Origin: Patescibacteria group bacterium
GTDB lineage: Bacteria > Patescibacteriota > Microgenomatia > UBA8517
Length of the DNA stretch: 64,000 bases
Assembly: GCA_035291665.1 (NCBI GenBank)
Contig: DATDRP010000001.1
Coordinates: 66,569 to 130,568 of the forward strand
Direction: 5' to 3'
The translations under genes and the position numbers were made by a program. The notes under the pieces are model-generated. The model was given only the letters and a program-made list of their open reading frames with translations, searched no databases and had not been told where the DNA came from. Of this stretch, positions 48,731 to 59,144 are shown piece by piece. Within the stretch, counting starts at the first letter, position 1, and the number at the start of each line of letters is the position of its first letter.

Positions 48731-49741
48731 TCAATTCGCATTTACTGTATCTGCCTCAGGATAGGAGATGATGTGGAGCATGCGGATTATCAGATTTTCA
48801 TCAGTTACTCCATAAGTGAGAATTACGGTAGATCCAATTTCGATATCGGAAAAGATTGCCTTTTTGGGGTCATTGATATCACCGTCGGTAAACTTTGAGG
48901 ATTTGGATGTGGTGAGTTGATAAATCTTATCATCAGAAGAACGAAGGGAAATTGAAGATTTTCCGATATCATCAACAGTTCCGAGAATAACTTTGACGCT
49001 CTCAGGATTTTCAACTGATGTGACCAAGATCCGTAAAGTTACAAGAACATTTTTATCATCCAAATATCCAAGAGCCAAAATATAATCTCCGATTGCCAAA
49101 TCGGAGTATTTTATATTTTGGGATTTTGTTGTTAATTTCGAGAATGTTGTTTTTCCTTCGTCTATTGCAAGATACTTTATTTCCTGACCATCTGATTTCA
49201 TTTGAATTGAACCATTCGATATGTCGGTTATTGTTCCGCCAAAAAAGGTATATGCTTTTTTTGCATTTTCAAGCCGTTCGTCAACCGAGTTCTCATCACC
49301 ACCAGTGTCAACCTGTTTTGAAAACTCCGATGAATAAACTATTGCAACGGAAGTTTCCTGGTTTTCACCGGAATCTGAAAGGGAGTTGATCTTAATGATG
49401 TTTTTTGCGGGTTCCAGTTCAAATTCCAATTCGAACGAACCGTTATCGGTTTTTATGAATTCATCGTTTTCTCCATTTGTGGCAACGATATATGATCCTG
49501 AACGTGTCAATCCGGAGAAGACAACGGGATTGTCGATGACAACTTCATTATCTTGCGGTTTAATGAGTGTTAATCCACTGGTTTGAGTAAGCTTTTGAGT
49601 CTCGTTTGAAGCTGAATTATTGTTGGTTGATATACCGGCTGCAGATTCTTTGATTGCTTTATTAGCCCGTAAAAATCCTAATGCTACGACGGTACCGAAA
49701 GCAATTCCGAAAATAACGGCGAATATTATTTCTTTACGCAT
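48731..49741 (-). CDS. Hypothetical membrane-anchored or secreted protein
   Basis: N-terminal TM helix 'IIFAVIFGIAFGTVVALGFL' and a beta-rich, Ser/Thr/Asp-rich ectodomain. Confidence 0.45.
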   Translation of the reverse strand: MRKEIIFAVIFGIAFGTVVALGFLRANKAIKESAAGISTNNNSASNETQKLTQTSGLTLIKPQDNEVVIDNPVVFSGLTRSGSYIVATNGENDEFIKTDNGSFELEFELEPAKNIIKINSLSDSGENQETSVAIVYSSEFSKQVDTGGDENSVDERLENAKKAYTFFGGTITDISNGSIQMKSDGQEIKYLAIDEGKTTFSKLTTKSQNIKYSDLAIGDYILALGYLDDKNVLVTLRILVTSVENPESVKVILGTVDDIGKSSISLRSSDDKIYQLTTSKSSKFTDGDINDPKKAIFSDIEIGSTVILTYGVTDENLIIRMLHIISYPEADTVNAN

Positions 49742-49941
49742 AATGCGGACTAGACAGTTTTTATGGGTTTTGATAAGGGGATTTTTCTACCTTAAGCGAA
49801 TCATATAAACCCTTTTTATATCAAGCCCAAAGGCAAATAAAACGCAGTCAGCTGTTAATATAGGCTACCCGACTTGATCTTGTCAAGTAAGGTAGACTTT
49901 GGTAGGATGCTTAATTAGGTAATAGGTAATTGGAGGGAGTT

Positions 49942-50592
49942 ATGGATATTTCATATTTAGGCCATTCATCGTTCAGGATTAAAACCAAAGATGTTGTAAT
50001 AGTTACAGATCCGTATGACCCTCAAATGGTGGGCTTGAAGTTTCCGAAGATTGAAGCTGATATCATTACAGTTTCTCACGACCACAAAGATCACAACAAC
50101 ACACCACTGGTAGCGGGAGCCAGGATGGTTGTAAATTCTCCGGGTGAGTACGAAATCCAGGGCGTTTCAATTATCGGTTTTGATTCTTACCACGATGATA
50201 AAAAGGGATCCGTCAGGGGGTCAAATACGATGTTTCTTATCGAGTGTGAGGGAGTTAAATTATTACATATGGGCGACCTCGGGCACTTACCAGATAAAAA
50301 GATATTTGAGTCGATGGGGGATATTGACGTTCTGATGATTCCGGTAGGCGGAACTTACACAATTGGTTCAAAAGAAGCATCGGAGATAGTTAAGGAATTG
50401 GAACCATCATTCATTCTTCCTATGCATTACAAAGTACCCGGATTGAAGGAAGAAACTTTCGGTACTCTTCAAAGTGTTGACGATTTCTTGAAAGAATGCG
50501 GTTATGATACCGAAAATTTGGATAAACTGAGTTTCAAAAAAGAGCTTATTGACCCCGAAGTAACAAAAGTTATAGTTCTAAATAAGAAGTAA
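49942..50592 (+). CDS. MBL-fold metallo-hydrolase
   Basis: 'ITVSHDHKDH' (HxHxDH), 'HMGDLGH', and GGAGGGA upstream. Confidence 0.75.
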   Translation: MDISYLGHSSFRIKTKDVVIVTDPYDPQMVGLKFPKIEADIITVSHDHKDHNNTPLVAGARMVVNSPGEYEIQGVSIIGFDSYHDDKKGSVRGSNTMFLIECEGVKLLHMGDLGHLPDKKIFESMGDIDVLMIPVGGTYTIGSKEASEIVKELEPSFILPMHYKVPGLKEETFGTLQSVDDFLKECGYDTENLDKLSFKKELIDPEVTKVIVLNKK

Positions 50593-50620
50593 ACTAGCGC
50601 TGCCCTCATAAAGAAAAGAA

Positions 50621-51958
50621 ATGGCCGATGGATCTTTGGATTCAAAAAATATTAAAGTTCCGCCTCATTCCGTTGAAGCAGAATTGTCCGTCCTCGGAGC
50701 TATGCTCATCGACAAGGATTCTGTGATAACAATTGCGGAATTTTTAAAATCGAACGACTTTTACGATAACCGCCATAGCGAAATCTATAAAGCGATGCTT
50801 GATTTATATGAGGAGAGAGTACCGATTGATATTTTGACCGTTTCCGAAAAATTAAAAAAGCAAAAATCTTTAAAGAGAATAGGCGGAAGTGCGTATCTTG
50901 CGGAGTTGGCAAACTCCGTTCCGACGGCTGCTCATGTTGAACATTACGGAAGAATTGTCAAAAACCTTTCGACAAAAAGGTATCTCCTTAATTCAGCTTC
51001 GAGAATTGCGGAAATGTCATTTGATGAGGGTTTAAGTTCTGACGAGATATTGGATAAAGCGGAAGGAGAGATATTTTCCCTGACGCAAAGCAATCTTGCA
51101 AAATCTTTCACATCTGTAAGAGAAGCCCTCGAAGAAAGTTTTGACCGTCTTGACGAGCTTCATAACCGGTCAGACGGTCTTAGGGGGATCCCGACCGGCT
51201 TTAAGGATCTGGATGATACACTGGCAGGATTTCAACCCTCAAATCTGATTATTTTGGCTGCGCGGCCTGGTGTTGGTAAAACGGCATTGGCACTCAACAT
51301 TTCTCAGATTGTTGCTGTTAAATATCAAAAAAAAGTTGGTTATTTCTCGCTCGAGATGAGCAAAGAAGAGCTTGTCGACCGTCTTTTGGTTGCTCAAGCA
51401 GATATTGATGCCTGGAAACTTAAAACCGGAAAATTATCAGAGACCGATTTTACTTCATTATCAAATGCCATGGGAGAACTGGCAGAAGCTCCGATTTATA
51501 TCGATGACACTCCCGCACTTTCAATTCTGGAGATGAGGTCCAAAGCAAGGCGACTTCAGGTTGAAAAGGGGTTGGATTTGATTGTTGTTGATTACTTACA
51601 ACTTGCAAGATCGCGTCAGCTTGAAAACCGAGTCCAGGAAGTTTCTGAAATTTCCCAAGGTCTTAAAAATTTAGCCCGTGAACTCAAAGTCCCGGTTATG
51701 GCTCTTTCACAGTTATCCCGGGCAGTTGAATCCCGGGGTGGGCCCAAAAAACCCCAGCTTGCAGACCTTAGGGAATCGGGCAGCATCGAACAGGATGCAG
51801 ATGTTGTAATCTTTTTATGGCGTGAGGATGATGATAACTTTGAAAATATCCAGCTGGATATTGCCAAACACAGAAACGGACCTCTGGCAACAGTGAAGCT
51901 CTTCTTCAGAGGGGACCGGATTAAGTTTTACGGCCGCGATACGAAACGTAGTTCGTGA
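50621..51958 (+). CDS. dnaB: Replicative DNA helicase DnaB
   Basis: 'ELSVLGAMLID', Walker A 'ARPGVGKTALALNI', 'SLEMS', and an arginine-finger region. Confidence 0.9.
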   Translation: MADGSLDSKNIKVPPHSVEAELSVLGAMLIDKDSVITIAEFLKSNDFYDNRHSEIYKAMLDLYEERVPIDILTVSEKLKKQKSLKRIGGSAYLAELANSVPTAAHVEHYGRIVKNLSTKRYLLNSASRIAEMSFDEGLSSDEILDKAEGEIFSLTQSNLAKSFTSVREALEESFDRLDELHNRSDGLRGIPTGFKDLDDTLAGFQPSNLIILAARPGVGKTALALNISQIVAVKYQKKVGYFSLEMSKEELVDRLLVAQADIDAWKLKTGKLSETDFTSLSNAMGELAEAPIYIDDTPALSILEMRSKARRLQVEKGLDLIVVDYLQLARSRQLENRVQEVSEISQGLKNLARELKVPVMALSQLSRAVESRGGPKKPQLADLRESGSIEQDADVVIFLWREDDDNFENIQLDIAKHRNGPLATVKLFFRGDRIKFYGRDTKRSS

Positions 51959-52087
51959 GTGGACACAAGGTTCTTTGGAAAAGGTTCTTACGGGAGAGAT
52001 ACAAAACGAAGTTCGTAAACGGATATTTAGTAACTTACAGTAATACACTATTGTGGTAATTGTTTCTACATCGGTAAACTTAAGTAG

Positions 52088-52117
52088 CTGACAATAAGGT
52101 GAATTTTCCAGTATAAT
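52088..52117 (+). promoter_or_regulatory. Sigma70-like promoter for tRNA-Leu
   Basis: 'CTGACA', an 18-nt spacer, then 'TATAAT', about 30 nt upstream of the tRNA. Confidence 0.4.
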
Positions 52118-52148
52118 TCTCTGGAATTTGTTAAAATATAAGTAATAA

Positions 52149-52233
52149 GCCGAGGTGGCGGAATGGCAGACGCGCAGGTCTCAAAAACCTGTGAGCCTTA
52201 AAGCTCGTGGAGGTTCGACTCCTCTCCTCGGCA
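52149..52233 (+). tRNA. tRNA-Leu (anticodon CAA), type II with a long variable arm
   Basis: Acceptor stem GCCGAGG/CCTCGGC plus A73, anticodon stem-loop 'CAGGT-CUCAAAA-ACCTG', a long variable arm and a T-arm 'GGTTCGACTCC'. Confidence 0.85.
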
Positions 52234-52250
52234 CTTGTTAAATAAAAAAT

Positions 52251-53360
52251 ATGGATGACAATCGAATACAAAAAGTTGCGGATATTTTGGTGAATTACAG
52301 CCTCAAGGTAAAAAAAGGAGAAAATGTAATTCTTGCTTCCGATATTGAAGGTAAGCCATTAGCGCTGGAGGTATATAAACTCCTTGTTCAGAACGGTGCG
52401 GGTGAGATCAGGCTGAAGTTGGGAAGCTATGAGTTTGATGAAGCATTTTTCAAATATGCGACCACCGAACAGCTTAAGAACTTCCCCAAAATTTCGGATT
52501 TCGAAACCAAAAATACGGATTGCGTAATCAGGATATCTGCACCAACCAATACCAGAGCGTTAAGCAGTATTGATCAATCAAAGATTGCGCTATATTCAAA
52601 AACTACACAGTCAATCCAAGATTACAGGGTTGAGAAAACTCGCTGGGTGATAACGCAATATCCAACAAACGCCCAAGCCCAAGAAGCCGATATGTCTTTG
52701 GACGAATACCAAGGATTTGTTTTTAAGGCGATAACCGATGTAGATTGGCAAAAGATGTTCAAAGAGCAGGAAACCTTGCGAAATCTTTTGGATCAAACGA
52801 AAATTGTTAAAATTAAGGCTGATATGACAGATCTTACGCTTGATATAACCGGACGTAAGGCTGAAAATGCAGGCGGGGAGTTTAATATGCCCGACGGAGA
52901 AGTGTTTACGTCTGTTATTGAAAATAGCGCCGATGGTTATATCACATATTCATATCCGGCTTTGTTTCACGGACGGGAATTTCAAAATGTCCGGCTTGAA
53001 TTTAAGAAAGGAAAAGTTGTTAAAGCTTTGGCTGACAAGAATGAAAAAGATTTGAACAGTATTCTTGATACAGATAGCGGCGGCAGATTTATTGGGGAAC
53101 TGGGAATCGGTAACAATTTTGCCATAAAAAAGTTTACCAAAAATATCTTGTTTGATGAGAAAATTGGTGGTAGTATACACATCGCGCTTGGTCGGGGATA
53201 CAAAAAAACACTTAGCAAAAATATTTCAGCGATTCACTGGGATATGATTAAAGATTTACGCGTACCCGCCTCCGCTGAAGCTTCGGCGAGGCAAGGTGGG
53301 GAATTGTGGTTTGATGATAAATTAGTCCAGAAAGACGGAAAATGGATGATTAAGATGTAA
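52251..53360 (+). CDS. Aminopeptidase, M29 (AmpS/aminopeptidase T) family
   Basis: 'IADILVNYSLKVKKGENVIL...' and the overall M29 pattern, 369 aa. Confidence 0.75.
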   Translation: MDDNRIQKVADILVNYSLKVKKGENVILASDIEGKPLALEVYKLLVQNGAGEIRLKLGSYEFDEAFFKYATTEQLKNFPKISDFETKNTDCVIRISAPTNTRALSSIDQSKIALYSKTTQSIQDYRVEKTRWVITQYPTNAQAQEADMSLDEYQGFVFKAITDVDWQKMFKEQETLRNLLDQTKIVKIKADMTDLTLDITGRKAENAGGEFNMPDGEVFTSVIENSADGYITYSYPALFHGREFQNVRLEFKKGKVVKALADKNEKDLNSILDTDSGGRFIGELGIGNNFAIKKFTKNILFDEKIGGSIHIALGRGYKKTLSKNISAIHWDMIKDLRVPASAEASARQGGELWFDDKLVQKDGKWMIKM

Positions 53361-53470
53361 GCGATGAGGAATTGGATGTGAGTGTGAGAAGTGGTAATAA
53401 TCCAAATGGAAATTAATGAATTGAACAATTTATTAGAAATAAAAAATTAAGAATTAGAAATTTAATAGAA

Positions 53471-54031
53471 ATGATTAATGTAACTGATTTGCGTGCCGGG
53501 ACAACCTTCAAATTTGAGGGAGCTCCATTTGTGGTTCTGAAGTACGAACACGTCAAAATGGGAAGGGGTTCAGCGACGATAAGAGTAAAAATTAAAAATC
53601 TTGAAACAGGGACTGTTCTGGAACATTCTTTCATCAATTCGGCAAAAGTTGAACCGATTTCAACATTGAGAAAAAAGCTTCAATATTTATATGGAGATGG
53701 AACTAATTATACTTTTATGGATCCGATATCTTTTGATCAGGTCGATCTTTCAAGAAGTGTTATAGCCGATGCAATAAATTATATTAAAGAGGGGGAAAGC
53801 GTTAATATTCTCTTCTGGGACGAAAAGCCTTTATGGGTGGAATTGCCTCCCAAGATGGAATTTAAAATAAAAGACACACCTCCCGGAATTAAGGGGAATT
53901 CTGCCAGCAACATGTACAAAGATGCAGTTTTGGAGAACGGGATTTCCGTCCGGGTACCTTTATTTATTAATATCGGAGATAAGATTCGAGTGGATACGAG
54001 ATCCGGTGAATATGTTGAGAGAGTGAAATAA
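53471..54031 (+). CDS. efp: Elongation factor P
   Basis: 'LRAGTTFKFEGAPFVVLKYEHVKMGRGSATIRVKIKNLETG', 186 aa. Confidence 0.9.
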   Translation: MINVTDLRAGTTFKFEGAPFVVLKYEHVKMGRGSATIRVKIKNLETGTVLEHSFINSAKVEPISTLRKKLQYLYGDGTNYTFMDPISFDQVDLSRSVIADAINYIKEGESVNILFWDEKPLWVELPPKMEFKIKDTPPGIKGNSASNMYKDAVLENGISVRVPLFINIGDKIRVDTRSGEYVERVK

Positions 54032-54056
54032 AAAAAGACTAATTCGACAATCAGCT

Positions 54057-54518
54057 TCAGCTAAAAATCCAAATTACTGCTGCAACTACCACCAGGAATT
54101 GTGTAAGAACCCCCCAATAAATATTAGTATTGTTCTGATGCTTGCGCTGGAAGCCAAGCCAAGATTTGATCCAGTATTGGTCGAAGTTGAGAAAGAAAAA
54201 TGGTGCTTCAATTAAATCCGGAAGGACCGCAAAAAATGCCCCCAACATTACAAAAGTAAAAGATTCGATATCAGGCAATTTCATCATTGCAATTGACGTG
54301 CCGAAGATAAGTGCAGCCGTGGAATCAATTATAATGATTTTTAAATCTCTGGTAAAAGGACGGCTGAGTTTTTTTGTTTTGTCTCCAAGGTGCGGGTTCC
54401 AATGGGGGATTTCATCGAGTATAAAGTGACTTAAGAAAGCTGCCGGAAGAGATATCCAAGGATTACCGATTTTGTACACCAGCGCTGCCCCTACGATTGC
54501 ATGAGGTAATTCGAGCAT
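54057..54518 (-). CDS. Membrane-bound metal-dependent hydrolase-like protein (YdjM/DUF457-like)
   Basis: 'SHFILDEIPHW' with several TM helices. Confidence 0.45.
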   Translation of the reverse strand: MLELPHAIVGAALVYKIGNPWISLPAAFLSHFILDEIPHWNPHLGDKTKKLSRPFTRDLKIIIIDSTAALIFGTSIAMMKLPDIESFTFVMLGAFFAVLPDLIEAPFFFLNFDQYWIKSWLGFQRKHQNNTNIYWGVLTQFLVVVAAVIWIFS

Positions 54519-54604
54519 AAAAATAATCTTAATCCAGTCATATTTAGAAAGTCAAATGGGGTAACATTTATGGATAAGTATAATTACGTAGTAAAATATA
54601 TCTC

Positions 54605-55207
54605 GTGAATAATTATTTTCTGGGAATTATATTACAGCCTATCGGAATTGTAGTATTTTTATATATAACTTGGAGGAGATTGAAAGAGGATTATCTCTCC
54701 AGTCAGATATTCAATCTTCTGTTTACGAACATATTAATAATATTAGCCTCAATTATCGTAACTAATTATTTTTTGCGTGATTATATTTTCTGGGCATTTT
54801 TGATTGGTTTTTTGATAGGAAGCGTTTTCGCTTCGATAAAGTTCGGTCTGAAATTTATTGAAGTTATTGAAGCAGAAGTATTTGCAATTCTGTTTTATTT
54901 TACAATCATATTTTTAAGATTTATACCCTTGGGAAGTGTGAACGAATTACTTTTGTTGGCGACTTTTGTACTTCTTATTCCTATATTTATTATGGTAGAA
55001 AGGAATTATAAAAATTTTGCCTGGTACAGATCAGGAAGAAGAGGATTTACATCGATGTTTATAATTGGCCTTTTTTTTCTGATAAGATCTTTGATTGCAC
55101 TGATAAATCCAAGTATGGTATTCTTGTTACTAGATTATGACCCTATCATATCTGGTATAATTTCCTTTGTATCATTTTCAATAATATTTTATTTGGGGAG
55201 AAAGTAA
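54605..55207 (+). CDS. Hypothetical polytopic membrane protein
   Basis: Five or six TM helices and no recognised motif. Confidence 0.4.
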   Translation: MNNYFLGIILQPIGIVVFLYITWRRLKEDYLSSQIFNLLFTNILIILASIIVTNYFLRDYIFWAFLIGFLIGSVFASIKFGLKFIEVIEAEVFAILFYFTIIFLRFIPLGSVNELLLLATFVLLIPIFIMVERNYKNFAWYRSGRRGFTSMFIIGLFFLIRSLIALINPSMVFLLLDYDPIISGIISFVSFSIIFYLGRK

Positions 55208-55211
55208 TTAT

Positions 55212-55619
55212 ATGTCAATAAAGAAAACATCAGGTAAAGCAAAAAGATCATCGGGGGTACTGACAATTCCTTCAAAACTACTTGACCCGGTTGCCAAATT
55301 CTTGAAATCAAGCTTAAAAAATCTTGAAAACAGAAAAAAGACCATTTCGAAGGAAGACCCTTTCAAAAACACCTCCAGATTATCCGACAACGCTTCACCT
55401 GATGCTGATGCTGAAGAACAGTTCGGTCACGCGAGAACATCAGCAATAAAAGAGCAACTCGATAAAAAAATAATTCAGACTAAAAAGGCTTTATCCATGA
55501 TAAAGATAGGGAGATACGGTATTTGCGAAGATTGTAAAAAATTTATTGATACAGACAGATTGATGGCATACCCGGAAGCAACGTATTGTGCTTCATGTCA
55601 AGCGAAAAGAGAAAAATAA
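55212..55619 (+). CDS. DksA/TraR-family C4 zinc-finger protein
   Basis: 'CEDCKKFIDTDRLMAYPEATYCASC' at the C-terminus. Confidence 0.7.
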   Translation: MSIKKTSGKAKRSSGVLTIPSKLLDPVAKFLKSSLKNLENRKKTISKEDPFKNTSRLSDNASPDADAEEQFGHARTSAIKEQLDKKIIQTKKALSMIKIGRYGICEDCKKFIDTDRLMAYPEATYCASCQAKREK

Positions 55620-55660
55620 ATATAGGAAAAAATTTTAAAACTAGTGAGATATAATTCTTC

Positions 55661-56425
55661 TTGGACATGTCTAATCCTCAAATTATATACAAAGATACAG
55701 ACTTGATAATTATAGATAAACCAAGCGGATGGGTTGTGAATAGGGCAGAAAGCGTTAAGGTTCCGACTGTTCAGGATTGGTTGGATAGCGAATTGGATTT
55801 TAAAAAAGAGGTTGGTGAATCAAAAAATCTTAAAAATAATCCGGCGGATGATTTTACGGGAAGAAGCGGAATAGTCCATAGGATTGATAAGGAGACAAGC
55901 GGACTTTTGCTAATCGCCAGAAATGAAAATTCTTTTAAAAAACTTCAAGATCAATTTGCGAAGCGTATCGTAGAAAAAACTTATATCTGTTTAGTTCACG
56001 GCAAGCTTGATATGCCGGAAGGAATAATCGACGCCCCTGTCGGCAGACTTCCATGGAATAGGGAGAGATTCGGAGTTTTACCCGGAGGGAGGAATGCGTT
56101 AACCCGCTATAAACTCATTAGAGAATATATACGTGAGAAAGAATATTTTAGTCTTCTGGAGATTTACCCAAAAACGGGGAGAACTCATCAGATCAGGATA
56201 CATATGAAGCATCTGGGTCATCCAATTGTATCAGATACATTTTATGCAGGTCGAAAAACAGCAAGAAATGATCGGCAATGGTGTGGAAGAATATTTTTAC
56301 ATGCTGCAAAAATTACTTTTATACAGCCAACGAAAGAAAAACAGATCATAATTAGTACTCCATTACCTGTTGACCTTTCTCAGGTTATAAAAAACCTAAA
56401 AGTAGTGCCTTTACAGCCTCGTTAA
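55661..56425 (+). CDS. RluA-family pseudouridine synthase
   Basis: 'HRIDKETSGLLLIARN' (catalytic Asp) and 'RTHQIRIH'. Confidence 0.85.
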   Translation: MDMSNPQIIYKDTDLIIIDKPSGWVVNRAESVKVPTVQDWLDSELDFKKEVGESKNLKNNPADDFTGRSGIVHRIDKETSGLLLIARNENSFKKLQDQFAKRIVEKTYICLVHGKLDMPEGIIDAPVGRLPWNRERFGVLPGGRNALTRYKLIREYIREKEYFSLLEIYPKTGRTHQIRIHMKHLGHPIVSDTFYAGRKTARNDRQWCGRIFLHAAKITFIQPTKEKQIIISTPLPVDLSQVIKNLKVVPLQPR

Positions 56426-56457
56426 AGGCAGTGTAAACTTAAAGCTGTTCTAGCCAT

Positions 56458-58131
56458 ATGGATTTTTATAATATAGCTCTTGGATTGGTTGTTGCTGCAG
56501 CTTTCGGGTACTTAGCCAAGGTCCTCAAACAGCCACTTTTGGTCGGATATCTGTTTGCAGGAATTTTTATAGGATTAACAAGATTTCTTGGAAATTCACA
56601 CTCATTTGATGAGTTGGGTAAAATCGGAATTACACTTCTTTTATTTCTTCTTGGATTGGAAATGAATTTGAAAGAACTTCCAACAATAGGTAAAGCTGCT
56701 TTTATGACAGCTATTGGTCAAATAATTCTGACAACTTCGCTGGGAATGATATTGGCAATAATATTGGGATATTCGGTTATAGGCTCTTTATATATCGGAA
56801 TCGCGCTCTCATTTTCTTCAACAATTATTATTGTAAAATTGCTCTCCGATAAAAGTGATTTGGGAAGTTTACACGGAAGATTGTCTGTGGGTTTACTATT
56901 GGTTCAGGATTTTGTAGCTATAGGAGTGTTAATAGTTCTGACAGCGATAGGGGATGGCGCTTCCGGATTTTATCCGATTTTAGTAATTTTACTGAAAATG
57001 GTATTTCTAATTGTGTCGGTTTATTTTCTATCTAAAAAATTAATAGTTATTATTTTTGAAAAATACTTTTCCCAACCTGTGGAGTTATTGTTTGTTGTCA
57101 GCATTGCCTGGGCATTGGGAATAGCTGCATTTGTTGGGGGTCCTTTTGGTTTGACGATTGAAATCGGCGGCTTTCTTGCAGGATTGGCTTTGTCGAATTT
57201 ACCGGAGCATCTTCAAATAGTTTCGAAAGCAAAACCACTTCGGGACTTTTTCGTAATCCTGTTTTTCCTATTTCTCGGAACACAGTTCGTTTCAGCATCC
57301 CAAATATGGGCGATTATACCCAAAGCTTTAATATTCTCCATATTTGTCTTGATTGCAGATCCGATAGCGGTTTTATTACTCCTTGGTTTATTCGGTTATA
57401 AGAAAAAAACATCATTTCTGACAGGTATTACGGTAGCTCAAATATCTGAATTTTCGTTTATTATCATGGCTGCAGGAGTAACGCTTGGGATTGTAACTTC
57501 ATCGGATGCAACAATGATGTATCTTGTGGGTATATTTACGATGACTTTATCCACCTATCTGATTATGAATTCAGAAAAATTATATCTTAAACTGAAAAAA
57601 TATCTTAATGTTTTTGAAAAGGAACATTCTCTGGAAATATCATCAAAAAGTACTGTTTCCGGACTCAAAAATCACATCGTTCTGATCGGCTGCGACAGAA
57701 CGGGAACTTCAATTCACAAATATCTAGATAGGAAAAGTATTCAACATCTGATTGCAGATATTAATCCTTCGGTTATTTCAAGATTGTCAGGTGAAAAAGC
57801 GAATATAATTTTTGGCGATGTGGAGGATCTTGATATCTTGTCTGAAATGAGATTACCCCAAGCAAAGATGATGATTTCTACTGTCAATGTGTTGGATACA
57901 AATTTGGTAGTACTTAATTACTTAAAAACGGAAGGTATTAAAATAATAAAAATAGTAAAGGCTCTTAATAAACACGATGCTTTACAACTTTATGATGCCG
58001 GTGCGGATTATGTAATAGTACCTGAAATTGCAGCCGGTGACCATTTGAAGCATTTACTAATGCACTACGATTACAATTCTGCAAAATATGCCAAATTAGG
58101 CAAATTAAATTATGCGGGTATGATTAAATAA
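56458..58131 (+). CDS. CPA2-family cation:proton antiporter fused to a TrkA-N (RCK) domain
   Basis: About 12 TM helices, then 'HIVLIGCDRTGTSI' (Rossmann) and 'GADYVIVPE'. Confidence 0.8.
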   Translation: MDFYNIALGLVVAAAFGYLAKVLKQPLLVGYLFAGIFIGLTRFLGNSHSFDELGKIGITLLLFLLGLEMNLKELPTIGKAAFMTAIGQIILTTSLGMILAIILGYSVIGSLYIGIALSFSSTIIIVKLLSDKSDLGSLHGRLSVGLLLVQDFVAIGVLIVLTAIGDGASGFYPILVILLKMVFLIVSVYFLSKKLIVIIFEKYFSQPVELLFVVSIAWALGIAAFVGGPFGLTIEIGGFLAGLALSNLPEHLQIVSKAKPLRDFFVILFFLFLGTQFVSASQIWAIIPKALIFSIFVLIADPIAVLLLLGLFGYKKKTSFLTGITVAQISEFSFIIMAAGVTLGIVTSSDATMMYLVGIFTMTLSTYLIMNSEKLYLKLKKYLNVFEKEHSLEISSKSTVSGLKNHIVLIGCDRTGTSIHKYLDRKSIQHLIADINPSVISRLSGEKANIIFGDVEDLDILSEMRLPQAKMMISTVNVLDTNLVVLNYLKTEGIKIIKIVKALNKHDALQLYDAGADYVIVPEIAAGDHLKHLLMHYDYNSAKYAKLGKLNYAGMIK

Positions 58132-58169
58132 TAGTATTAAATTAATTTTTTCACTTAATAAACAAAATA

Positions 58170-59138
58170 ATGGCTATAAAAATCAGAAGGTCGGGATATT
58201 TACATAAAAGAAAACAAATTCCGAATAAGAGGGGAGTAAGTAAATTTTTCGGAAGGAATGTGTTAATTATAAGTTTAATTCTATTTTGTCTAATTTTTAT
58301 AATTTATTTTTTTCTGTCATTTAAAGCTTCAGCCTGGAACAATTTTCAAAATCTATTAATTATCAATTCATTGGAAAATAATGATTTGTCTATTTTATCT
58401 ATCGATAAGAAGAATGATAAAATATCTCAACTTGTGGTTTCCGGGAATACAATATTTGATGCGTCGTTTAATTTTGGCAAATACAGGGTAAAAAATTTAT
58501 ATGAGTTGGATAAAAGCCAGAAATATCATGGAAACCTGTTACTGACTTCAGTTCAAAAAAACACTTTTGCACCAGTTTATATGTGGACAAAGCACAACCT
58601 TATGGATATCAAGCCAAACAAATTCTTAAAAATCTTATCGTACCTCTCAGATAGTTCTGAAACTAATATGAGCCTAACTGATCGTATATCTTTATTTTTA
58701 TATTTATTGCCGAGGAATCGGGATATTACTATAACTAAGCTGGAAGAAACGGGTTTTGTTAAAAAAAATAAAGATACTGATGGAGAGTCATTGGTTACCG
58801 GTGATAGACTTCCGACCGATTTGGCGATTTTATGGGTAAATGACTATGTGTCGGAAAATCAAACGAGATTCGAGATTATAAATACTTCGAATGAAAGGGT
58901 TCTTCCTGATGGCATATATAAAATATTCGAAAGCTCCGGGGCAAAGGTATCCAATTTGGTGAATAATACCGATTATAAGATAGGCAGCGATGCTAATTGC
59001 GTTGTCGTGTCGGAAGATTCAAAGCTCTTGTTGTATTATGCAAGTATATTTCGATGTAGGACTGTAAAGAGAACCGAGAGCGAACTTTTTGATTTTTCAA
59101 TTGCAGTAACGAAAAAGTTTATCGATATTTACCGCTAA
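58170..59138 (+). CDS. Hypothetical membrane-anchored protein
   Basis: N-terminal TM helix 'VLIISLILFCLIFIIYFFL'; the ectodomain is unassigned (a possible LCP-like resemblance, not supported). Confidence 0.35.
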   Translation: MAIKIRRSGYLHKRKQIPNKRGVSKFFGRNVLIISLILFCLIFIIYFFLSFKASAWNNFQNLLIINSLENNDLSILSIDKKNDKISQLVVSGNTIFDASFNFGKYRVKNLYELDKSQKYHGNLLLTSVQKNTFAPVYMWTKHNLMDIKPNKFLKILSYLSDSSETNMSLTDRISLFLYLLPRNRDITITKLEETGFVKKNKDTDGESLVTGDRLPTDLAILWVNDYVSENQTRFEIINTSNERVLPDGIYKIFESSGAKVSNLVNNTDYKIGSDANCVVVSEDSKLLLYYASIFRCRTVKRTESELFDFSIAVTKKFIDIYR

Positions 59139-59144
59139 GTATTT

